This document shows positions 21,593 through 29,794 of a DNA stretch of 64,000 nucleotides, one piece after another. A program made the position numbers and the translations under genes. Numbering within the stretch: the stretch's first letter is position 1; each line of letters begins with the position of its first letter. This DNA is from Candidatus Ozemobacteraceae bacterium (GTDB taxonomy: Bacteria > Muiribacteriota > Ozemobacteria > Ozemobacterales > Ozemobacteraceae), in contig OZ223236.1 of assembly GCA_965140445.1 (NCBI GenBank), forward strand, positions 2,528,001-2,592,000, given 5' to 3'. The notes below the pieces were generated by a model. That model was given only the letters and a program-made list of their open reading frames with translations. It made no database searches and was not told the origin of the DNA.

Positions 21593-21623
21593 TGAGTATT
21601 AAAGCTTGATTTGGAGGCGCAAA

Positions 21624-23438
21624 ATGCAAAGAGTTATTTCTTATCATAGATTTTCAAGCAAAAAACAAGAAAAAGGCGATTCAACAAGACGACAAGAAGA
21701 ATTGAGAGACGCATACTTAAAAAAACATAATTTGACTCTCACAGAGAGCTATGAAGATTTGGGGATTTCAGCTTTCAGACTAAAAAATGCACAAAAAGGC
21801 AAGCTCAGAGGATTTTTAAATTTAGTAGAAGACGGACTAATACCTGTTGGTACTATTTTAATAGTTGAAGCGCTTGACAGGCTCTCAAGAAGCGAGCCAA
21901 TGGAGGCTTTGAATATTTTTTCTTCAATCATTAGACGCGGAATAATAATTGTAACAACGCTCGACGGCTCAAAATACGACAACTCAGACCTTGACACTGG
22001 AAAAATTTTGTTAATGGTAATGAATTTATGCAAGGGGCATCAAGAGTCAAAAGACAAATCAGAGCGTTTAAAAAAAGTATGGGAAGCTAAGAGAGAGTTA
22101 GCAGAGACTCAAGTTATAAAACAAAAACTTCCGCTCTGGCTTAAAAGAAATAAAAAAACAAACGAGCTAGAAGAAGTAAAAGAGAATGTTGAAGCTATAA
22201 AAAGAATGTTTGAGCTAGCAGAAGTTGGATTCGGTGCTTTTGCTTCTGCAAGAATGCTCAGAGAAGAGAGCTACAAGATAAATAACAAGAATATTGAGAA
22301 ACGATATATTACAGCAACTCTTAAAAATGAAGCAGTTTTCGGAAATATAGAGCTATATAATAGAAAGTTCTATTCACAAGACGAGCAGATAAGACTCAAC
22401 AAGCCTGAGAGCGAGCGCGTTTTTCAAAAAAAGATTGAAGGCTACTATCCTCAAATTATTTCAAAAGAACAGTTTGACAGAGTGCAAATGAAAGTTAAAC
22501 AACGAAGAAAAAAAGGAATAAAAGCGACAAGCAAGTATGTAAATATTTTTCACGGAATTTTGAAAAGTGAGTCTGGTAGCACGTTTACAACTAGAAACAG
22601 AGCTGGGAAAGGCATAAAAAAAACATCTATAGTTGAAAAACTTTTTGTAGACAACTCAAAAGAGCAAAGTGGTGAGAGTAATAATTTTTCTTTTCCTGCG
22701 CGCGCTCTTGAACTAGCTGTTATAGATGTTTTATCAAATTATGAGATGCCAGCCTTGCAACACTCAAGAAATTATAGAGCTGAAATAAATGAGATTGAAA
22801 AAGAAATCGGAGACAAAAAAATACACATAGAAACTCTACAACAAGAGCTTGCAAAGATTGGCAAAATCAAAAGCGTTTTACCAATTTTGTCAAATCTTGA
22901 AAAAGAGCTTGAAAAGCTAGAAGACTATAAAAACACACTATTAGACTCTATGCCTGTCGACAACTACGCTGAGCAGTTTGAAAAAATAAATGGGCTTCAT
23001 GTTTCTACAGATTATTCTAACGCGCTGTTAATAGATGAAAAACGAGTATGGTTGCAGAATATTTTCAGAGATACTATTGAGTCGATCATTATGAGAATAG
23101 AAAAGAATGGATTTGTTGCAAAAGCATTTTGCAAAATGACTCTCAAGAATGAAGATATAATAGAATTTCAAGTGAACAACTTTGTACCTTTCTCTTACGT
23201 TGTGCAAGTGTTCAATAAGAATGAAATTTCATTTATCTATGCAGACACAAACGAAGAAGAACGACAAGAAATTTGGAAAAAAAAGAATCTGGCAAGCGCT
23301 AGATACATTGTAAGTTTGTATGACATTTTTCATTACAATAAAAACGGTTTGAGTATTAGAGAGATAGTAGAAAAAACAGGATTCTCAAAGACAGGAGTAA
23401 CAGGAGCACTTAAAAAAGCAATCTGGCTGTATAGCTAA
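21624..23438 (+). CDS. Large serine recombinase (integrase) with extra C-terminal HTH
   Basis: YHRFSSKKQ catalytic Ser motif, VEALDRLSR, recombinase domain, coiled coil; C-terminal GLSIREIVEKTGFSKTGV. Confidence 0.93.
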   Translation: MQRVISYHRFSSKKQEKGDSTRRQEELRDAYLKKHNLTLTESYEDLGISAFRLKNAQKGKLRGFLNLVEDGLIPVGTILIVEALDRLSRSEPMEALNIFSSIIRRGIIIVTTLDGSKYDNSDLDTGKILLMVMNLCKGHQESKDKSERLKKVWEAKRELAETQVIKQKLPLWLKRNKKTNELEEVKENVEAIKRMFELAEVGFGAFASARMLREESYKINNKNIEKRYITATLKNEAVFGNIELYNRKFYSQDEQIRLNKPESERVFQKKIEGYYPQIISKEQFDRVQMKVKQRRKKGIKATSKYVNIFHGILKSESGSTFTTRNRAGKGIKKTSIVEKLFVDNSKEQSGESNNFSFPARALELAVIDVLSNYEMPALQHSRNYRAEINEIEKEIGDKKIHIETLQQELAKIGKIKSVLPILSNLEKELEKLEDYKNTLLDSMPVDNYAEQFEKINGLHVSTDYSNALLIDEKRVWLQNIFRDTIESIIMRIEKNGFVAKAFCKMTLKNEDIIEFQVNNFVPFSYVVQVFNKNEISFIYADTNEEERQEIWKKKNLASARYIVSLYDIFHYNKNGLSIREIVEKTGFSKTGVTGALKKAIWLYS

Positions 23439-23453
23439 AGATTTAATATTGTT

Positions 23454-23481
23454 GCCCAGGAAAACTCCTGGGCTTTTTTTT
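23454..23481 (+). terminator. Intrinsic terminator after integrase
   Basis: gcccagg-aaaact-cctgggc plus T run. Confidence 0.85.
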
Positions 23482-24166
23482 GCTCATTCTAGCAACGTTT
23501 TTTTACTTTTTGACTGTTTACTCACGAAGCTTAAAAAAAATCAAAGGACGGGCACGAAAACGAGTGCTTGTGTAACAAAAGCTATTAAAAAAATCTATGA
23601 ATGATTTGTTTATTTGTTTGTTCTGAAAACATCTTGTAATAACAATACATCTATAGCTAGACAAAAAAACATGAGTAACGCATACAGACTAGACGACTGT
23701 TACAAATATCTGCACATGAAAAAACCTTTGATAAATTACAAACTCTTGTGAAAAATTCTATCACTAATGAAAAAATACTATTCTTGTTGAGTTTAGCTTT
23801 AGGTACGTACAACAAAATCCTGGGTTGTTTGTATTCAATGTTTGAGCTAGCAATAGATGTTATACAAGTCAAAGCAAATCGCAAAAGAGTAAATGAGAGT
23901 TTTTTGCTACTGATAAAAATAGTGCTATTAGAGTTATTAGAGTCAAATAATACGAATCTGAGCTATTTATGATGTATCAAAGCAAAACAGAGACTAGAGT
24001 CACACAAGAGAATTTTTAATCAAGACTTTGTGAGTTTCAAAATACTAAAGTAACTAGAGGTACGTACGAAAATTTGAGGTCAAAATCATGTCAGTTGACA
24101 CACGTTGTTTTTGTGTCAAAAAAAACTAGCTGAATCAAAAAAAGCCTTAAAAGTCTTTTTTCTTTA

Positions 24167-24252
24167 TAGTAGTAGGGGCTGTGGAAAAGTGGATAACTAT
24201 ATCTTAGCGGCTCTACAAAAGCGATACAGGTTGTGGATAACTATGTGGATAA
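24167..24252. promoter_or_regulatory. oriC-like module: DnaA-trios, GC spacer and four DnaA boxes
   Basis: TAGTAGTAG 24167-75; GGGC; TGTGGAAAA 24180-88; AGTGGATAA 24188-96; TGTGGATAA 24232-40; TGTGGATAA 24244-52. Confidence 0.8.
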
Positions 24253-24607
24253 CTTTGCTTTTTGAGTGTTTTTGCCCCCATTTTTGCCTTTATTATCAGT
24301 ATTTTGATAGGTCGAGTTTAGCCTTTGTTTATGCGGCTTTTTTAACAAAAAAACCTGGAGACGCCTGCTTTCATTAAGCGTGAACGAAAACAGCGGGTTT
24401 GCGAGCTTTTTTTGTCTTTTTTAGCAATTTTAAAAACACAAGCTCCGCTCAGCCTTTCTACTAGCAGCTTTGTATTATCAGTTTTTTGATATACCTAGCC
24501 TCCGCTTTAAAAAATGGTATTATATCATGCTTTCTGGCAGCGGGTTTGAGAGCCTTAAAAAATATTATATCACAAACGATTTTTAATGCAAAAAGTATAA
24601 TAAATAT

Positions 24608-24775
24608 ATGAAAAACAAAAAAGAAGAAACAGAACAAATTGAATTTTGTAAAAATTGTCTTGCATGTCAGAAGCTAAGAGAACAACAAGCTCAAGCACAA
24701 GCACAAGCACAAGCACAAGCCCAGGGACAGCAGGAACAAATAGACTGGAACAAACACGAAGAGCTATTTTATTAG
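24608..24775 (+). CDS. Putative 55-aa protein with CxxCxxC and a (QA)n repeat
   Basis: Hand-translated; TATAAT at 24596-24601, 6 nt before the ATG; CAAGCA tandem repeat is in frame. Confidence 0.45.
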   Translation: MKNKKEETEQIEFCKNCLACQKLREQQAQAQAQAQAQAQGQQEQIDWNKHEELFY

Positions 24776-24967
24776 TCTGCATTGTTTGTTGTGATAGACT
24801 ACAGCCCTTTTAAATAAGCTCTAGTAAATGTTTTTAAGTTTTTTTTCAGTCATGCTCAAGAAATGTCAATAGAGCATACTCCGCTGTTTATCATGCAAAG
24901 CAAAAAAACACAAATGTTGTGATATAATAAAGTAGGCTCAAAGCCGCTCCAGAAGCGGTTTTTAGAG

Positions 24968-24995
24968 TTGACAAACTTAACTAAAAGTATATAAT
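24968..24995 (+). promoter_or_regulatory. Consensus sigma70 promoter, probably for the early small-ORF operon
   Basis: TTGACA-16-TATAAT. Confidence 0.75.
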
Positions 24996-25011
24996 TAAAT
25001 TATAGAAAGTA

Positions 25012-25039
25012 AAAAACGAAAAACGAAAAACGAAAAACG
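25012..25039 (+). repeat. Tandem repeat (AAAAACG)x4
   Basis: Read directly; lies in the leader downstream of the 24968 promoter. Confidence 0.9.
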
Positions 25040-25126
25040 ATTTTTCAAAAAGGAGGAAATAGCATAATTTGACATTTTTGAAATTTTCGCAATAATACTC
25101 TAGCTTAAAAAAAATGGAGGTACAAA

Positions 25127-25339
25127 ATGCAAGCAGAATTAGACAGAATTAGCATGGAAAGAGCTGGGCTCTATGAATATTTTACAAATATTGAAACGGG
25201 CGGCTTGAGGGGCTGTTTCTTGTATATTTTCACACAAAGAGCTTTTGATTCTTGCACTTGTCTAGCAGATATGACAGAAGAAGAGCTAATAGAGTTTAAA
25301 AATGAAACTATAGAAGCTTACGAATACTACATTTCATGA
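25127..25339 (+). CDS. Phage hypothetical protein (70 aa)
   Basis: GGAGG RBS and ATG start. Confidence 0.7.
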   Translation: MQAELDRISMERAGLYEYFTNIETGGLRGCFLYIFTQRAFDSCTCLADMTEEELIEFKNETIEAYEYYIS

Positions 25340-25351
25340 AGGAGCAAAACA

Positions 25352-25501
25352 ATGAGTAAAAAAGAAACGACAGAGAGAATAGTTCTTGTAACAGTAAAAG
25401 CAAGAATAGCATTTTCAAAAGCTCAAGAACTTGCTTCAGATCTCGAAACGTGCGCAATTGAGCACGACGCAAAAGTCAAAACAAAAATTGACTTAAAATA
25501 A
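25352..25501 (+). CDS. Phage hypothetical protein (49 aa)
   Basis: AAGGAG RBS; MSKKETTERIVLVTVKARI...IDLK, hand-translated. Confidence 0.6.
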   Translation: MSKKETTERIVLVTVKARIAFSKAQELASDLETCAIEHDAKVKTKIDLK

Positions 25502-25596
25502 TTCTCAAATAGCTCGTAGCGCTGCGAGCTGTCCCAATTTTTCTCTACACAAAGCTCAATGAGCTATTTTGTTATGCAAAAAACAGGAGTGAAACA

Positions 25597-25986
25597 ATGA
25601 AGAAACAAACAGGACGAATGAGCTATACAGCTGATTTCAAGAAAAAAATTGTCAGCCAGGCTTTATCAAGCGAATTGAGTGCGTTTCAGTTTGCAAAAAA
25701 ACACAAACTCAGAGGAGAACTAGTTGCGCGCTGGATAAGAGAGCACAAGCAAGAGCAAGCAAAAGTTCATAATATTAATAATAATAACAATGAGCTAGAG
25801 CATGCAGAAACGATAGACGAGACTAATGCTATTAACAATGAACTAGAACAACAGAGAGTGCAATTAAAACAAGCATATACTGTGCTATCAAACAAAAGCG
25901 ACGAGTTGCAGATTATTAACATTGAACTAGAACAACTCAGAGAAGAGAATGCAGCTCTTAAAAAACTGTTGAGAATGTATATATGA
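25597..25986 (+). CDS. HTH plus coiled-coil protein resembling IS3-family OrfA
   Basis: SYTADFKKKIV..AFQFAKKHKL..LVARWIRE; C-terminal LEQLREENAALKK; AGGAG RBS. Confidence 0.7.
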   Translation: MKKQTGRMSYTADFKKKIVSQALSSELSAFQFAKKHKLRGELVARWIREHKQEQAKVHNINNNNNELEHAETIDETNAINNELEQQRVQLKQAYTVLSNKSDELQIINIELEQLREENAALKKLLRMYI

Positions 25987-26243
25987 GTTTTGATATATCA
26001 AACTATTGCATAATGCTCTATACAGAAAAAACACTCAGAAAAGATGTAAACGCTATAAGAGCTCATTTAAAAAACATTCAAAATATAAATAGTGTTCTAA
26101 TAGAGAGAGTGAAAAAAAGAGCCTATTTTTGGATATTTTTTAAAAACTACAAGTATAAAAAACAAATTGAGAATGAACTAAAAAAAATTGGTTCAATTAC
26201 GATAGACGAACATGAGTATAGCAACTATGAAGAATTCATTTAA
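25983..26243 (+). CDS. Phage hypothetical protein (86 aa)
   Basis: ATGA overlap with the upstream gene; followed by a terminator. Confidence 0.65.
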   Translation: MSFDISNYCIMLYTEKTLRKDVNAIRAHLKNIQNINSVLIERVKKRAYFWIFFKNYKYKKQIENELKKIGSITIDEHEYSNYEEFI

Positions 26244-26258
26244 AAAAAATTTCCCAGC

Positions 26259-26288
26259 CCTGGTTATTAATTTAACCAGGTTTTTTTA
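26259..26288 (+). terminator. Intrinsic terminator ending the early small-ORF operon
   Basis: cctggtta-ttaatt-taaccagg plus T8. Confidence 0.8.
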
Positions 26289-26450
26289 TGCTTAAAATAG
26301 ATTGCAGAGACTACAGAGCGTTTTAAATTGTCTTAATACATAAATGTATCAAAGCTCAAAAAAAATGCAGCAGCGGCGCTCTAAATGAAAAAGTTTTCAA
26401 TAGTTGTTTGTTTTGCAAAGTATTTCTCAGATAATCTATCAGTCTATCTT

Positions 26451-26744
26451 TTTGTTGACATTCACAGAATGTTTGTAGTTTGACTGCGTAGCTTCATATT
26501 GAGATCGGCTCTACAAAAGGCTTTGTTATTTTGCATAATTTACTATGTTATATGTGATACTCTATGCCACCGTTAAAGCTGATACCTGCATTTTTTTTGT
26601 AAAAGCCTTTAAACAGAGGGGGGGGTGATCCTGGAAGTGTTTTTTTTAAGTTCCAGGATCGCTTTTCTATGCTCAAACTTTGTTGACATTCACAGAATGT
26701 TTGTAGTTTGACTGCGTAGCTTCATATTGAGATCGGCTCTACAA
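26451..26744 (+). repeat. Perfect 66-bp direct repeat (26451-26516 and 26679-26744)
   Basis: tttgttgacattcacagaatg...gagatcggctctacaa present twice. Confidence 0.95.
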
Positions 26745-27242
26745 GCTATTTTCTAAAATCAAGTCATGTTGTAAAGTTGTTGTGATATAATACAAATGCG
26801 CTGATAGTGGGGCTTTCGAGGGCAAGAGAGTTACGTTTTCTATAAAATAAACGTATAATATATATAGTTATTAAAAATAATAACTGGGGGGCTCTGTTTT
26901 CAAGAGCCAGGGTAGCAACACAAAACAAAACTGGGGAGCACGTCTACAAAATTTGTAGATGCTATTTTTTCACGTTCAAAAAAAACCGGGGGGGCTCTGT
27001 TTTCAAGAACCAGGGCAGTCGTATTTTTCCTAAACCTGGGGGGGTATTGTATCACAAACGATTTTAATAGTCGCTGAGCCCCCTGTGACTAGGTTCTTTA
27101 GCGGGTTAGCGCGCAACGAGGTTAGGAATCGAGGTCGAGCGAACAGAAATTTTTAGATTTTAAAGGTTTTTCGTCGTCGTTTAGTGAAGCTGCTTACAGA
27201 ACTAAAACAATTTCAAACTAGCATTAACAAAGGAAAATTAGA

Positions 27243-27794
27243 ATGGCAAAAAACGAAAATCAAAAACCAATTTTTCTTACAACTAAACAAATTGCAGAGT
27301 TTTTCAATGTGACTATGCGCACAGTGCAAGCATGGGACTGTCCGAAAGAGTCAAAAAACAAGCTAAATTTAAAATTGGTTTTTGATTGGTACTTAGAAAA
27401 TGGAAAGGCGACTGTTTCAGACAAAGACAAGAGCTACAAAGAAGCTCTGAGCAAATACAGAGCTAAGCTGGCAAGGCTCGAATATCAAGAGAAAAAACGC
27501 TTAGTTTTGCCAAAATCTGAATTTTACGCAGAATGGACTCAGCGAGTTTCTGACTTGAGACAAAGTTTAGATTCTATGAGCGATACTCTAGCGCCGCTCT
27601 TGATCAATTTGAAAAACGAGCACGAAGTCATAGAGATTCTAAATAGTTTCGTTGAAAAACTGCTATTGAGTTACTGCGCAGCTGGGAAATTTACAGTTAT
27701 TAATAATAAAAAAACGAGCAAGAAAACAACGACAAAAACGCGCAAGAAAACAAGTGGTAGAAAAGCTCCAAAAAAACTTGGAGCAAAAAAATGA
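27243..27794 (+). CDS. Terminase small subunit (Nu1-like)
   Basis: N-terminal wHTH (TTKQIAEFFNVTMRTVQAW), RAKLARLE coil, overlaps the large subunit. Confidence 0.85.
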   Translation: MAKNENQKPIFLTTKQIAEFFNVTMRTVQAWDCPKESKNKLNLKLVFDWYLENGKATVSDKDKSYKEALSKYRAKLARLEYQEKKRLVLPKSEFYAEWTQRVSDLRQSLDSMSDTLAPLLINLKNEHEVIEILNSFVEKLLLSYCAAGKFTVINNKKTSKKTTTKTRKKTSGRKAPKKLGAKK

Positions 27795-29782
27795 TAGTAG
27801 ATACAAGAGGTACTTTAACAAAACAAGAGCTAGAACAACTAAAACCGCGCGAGAAAATTAGTTTTTGGGATTGGTTGCCAAAGTATTTTAGACTAACAAA
27901 AAAGACAAGCGCTATAGCCGGGCTCTACTCTACAGAACTAGTTCCATACTTGAAACCGATCGCTGATTTTCTTGATACTAGAAACAGAAAAATCAAACTA
28001 GTTGTAGCGCCAAAGGCTACACAGATCGGCTTTACAGAGTTCGCTATAGCTTTTTTATTATATAGACAGCTTTCAGCCGGTTCAGCTCCGCAATTGTTTG
28101 TATTAGCAGACGAAGCGACAAGTATATATGTGAATGAGCAACGCGTTCAATCAGCTATTGAGTCGTGCTCTGCGTTTCAAAATGTAACGATAAAAAGCAC
28201 ACAAGAGCAAATCAAGTTCAGCAATGGATCAAACATTTTTTTTGGACACGCTTCAAGCACTGCAAATCTAGCTAGTAAATCTGTTAGAGATTTAGTATTA
28301 GACGAACTAACAAAACCGGGCTGGAGCTTGAAAACGGCAGAAGGCGACACGCTAGAACTAGCAAAACTCAGAACAACAAGCTATCCGCACAACAAAAAAA
28401 TCTTTGCTTTTTCAACTGTAACAGAAGAAGGAGACAATTTAGACAGACTTTCAGAGCAGTTTGACGTCAAACATCATTTACAAGCTCAGTGTCAATCTTG
28501 CAAACAGTGGCAAAAACTATTTTTTTTTAAAGGCAACAAGTTTAAAACAGAAGACGGACGAGAAATAGAGGGCGGCTACGTTTGGTTTGACGAAACTTTA
28601 AAAACAAAAGCAGCTAGAGCTAAAAGTGCTCGTTATGTTTGCGCGCACTGCGGCGAACTCTGGACGAACTCGCAGAAAAACAAAGCTATTGCAAATATGC
28701 GAGCAATAGCGGACGCAGACGACTCTGAACTAGAAGAAGTATTTATAGACAGAGCATGGCGAATTCATAGCCCGCGCCAGATCGGCGACTTGTCAGAGCT
28801 AGTAAAAGGTTTTCTTGATTCTAAAGACGATTATAAAAAATATAAGGCATGGTTTAATGCTGCTCTAGCTGAGCATTGGAAAGAGCCGGTGGAAAAAATT
28901 GACGTCAAACTGTTTGAAAATTGTCAGATTGACAAACCGTTGGGTCATGTACCGCATGACACAAAAGCGCTGATCATGGGAGTCGATACACAAAAAAGAG
29001 GCTGGTGGTACACAGTGCGCGCTATTACTGACTATGACAGTTTTAAGGTTGAACATGGATTCATTGAGACTGAAGAACAGCTAACAGAGATTATTTTTAG
29101 AAAAACTTGGCAGAGCGAAGACGGGCGTTTTTTTCCGATTTATAGAGTCGGAATTGACACAGGCGGAGAGCGCAAAGAGCTCGATTCAAGCTCTGAAATT
29201 CAATCTGATTTTGAAGGCGTTGACGAGATTACGTCAACGAAATGGGCATATAAATACTATTTGAAAAACAGAGGCAGAGGCGTCCAGATATTCTTAACAA
29301 AAGGCAGCTCAAAAGATTTGCCAACTCTCACGCGTTTCAGTAAGCCGCTTATGAAATTTCCGAATGGAAAGCCGATCAGGAACGGGTTACAGATACTATT
29401 TATCGACACTAACAAAGCAAAAGATAATTTTTTTTGGAGAATTTGGCAAACAGGGCAAGAAAATCCGATCGAGCCAGCCTGGGTTTCTCGCGAAGTTAAA
29501 GAAAATGCAGAGTATTTTCAACATTTACAAGCAGAAGAAAAACGCAAGAACAAAAAAGGAGTGGCGCGCTGGACAGCTATAAAAGCTAGAAACGATCTGC
29601 TAGACACTGAATGTATTATTCTCGCTATTTCTAGTCGAGAAGTTGGTAGCGTTCAGTTATTGAAAAAAGCTTTTACTTGTAGTCAGAATCGAGACAGCTC
29701 TGAAAAACTTAAAAAAACTAAAAAAGTTGTAAAAAAACAACAAAAAAATAAAAGCCCTTTTAGCGGCGGCAGCTTGTTTTAA
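27791..29782 (+). CDS. Terminase large subunit (lambda gpA family)
   Basis: KATQIGFTE Walker A variant, LVLDEL Walker B, Cys pairs, MGVDTQ nuclease motif, RNDLLD. Confidence 0.93.
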   Translation: MIVDTRGTLTKQELEQLKPREKISFWDWLPKYFRLTKKTSAIAGLYSTELVPYLKPIADFLDTRNRKIKLVVAPKATQIGFTEFAIAFLLYRQLSAGSAPQLFVLADEATSIYVNEQRVQSAIESCSAFQNVTIKSTQEQIKFSNGSNIFFGHASSTANLASKSVRDLVLDELTKPGWSLKTAEGDTLELAKLRTTSYPHNKKIFAFSTVTEEGDNLDRLSEQFDVKHHLQAQCQSCKQWQKLFFFKGNKFKTEDGREIEGGYVWFDETLKTKAARAKSARYVCAHCGELWTNSQKNKAIANMRAIADADDSELEEVFIDRAWRIHSPRQIGDLSELVKGFLDSKDDYKKYKAWFNAALAEHWKEPVEKIDVKLFENCQIDKPLGHVPHDTKALIMGVDTQKRGWWYTVRAITDYDSFKVEHGFIETEEQLTEIIFRKTWQSEDGRFFPIYRVGIDTGGERKELDSSSEIQSDFEGVDEITSTKWAYKYYLKNRGRGVQIFLTKGSSKDLPTLTRFSKPLMKFPNGKPIRNGLQILFIDTNKAKDNFFWRIWQTGQENPIEPAWVSREVKENAEYFQHLQAEEKRKNKKGVARWTAIKARNDLLDTECIILAISSREVGSVQLLKKAFTCSQNRDSSEKLKKTKKVVKKQQKNKSPFSGGSLF

Positions 29783-29794
29783 AGGAGAGTCACA

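Noticed and set aside
23657..23972. Overlapping 74-75 aa ORFs as repressor or excisionase
   Set aside because: Non-ATG starts, no RBS and no HTH pattern; likely spurious
24167..24252. The host's genuine oriC
   Set aside because: Lies inside the att-bounded element that interrupts radC, with no dnaA/dnaN/gidA context; cannot be fully excluded without the whole genome
24105..24377. 90-aa ORF (contains LWITMWIT)
   Set aside because: TTG start without RBS; the peptide is simply the translation of the DnaA boxes
26451..27070. Repeats as a CRISPR array
   Set aside because: Only two copies of each unit, 66 bp or 27 bp, with no regular repeat-spacer periodicity and no cas genes
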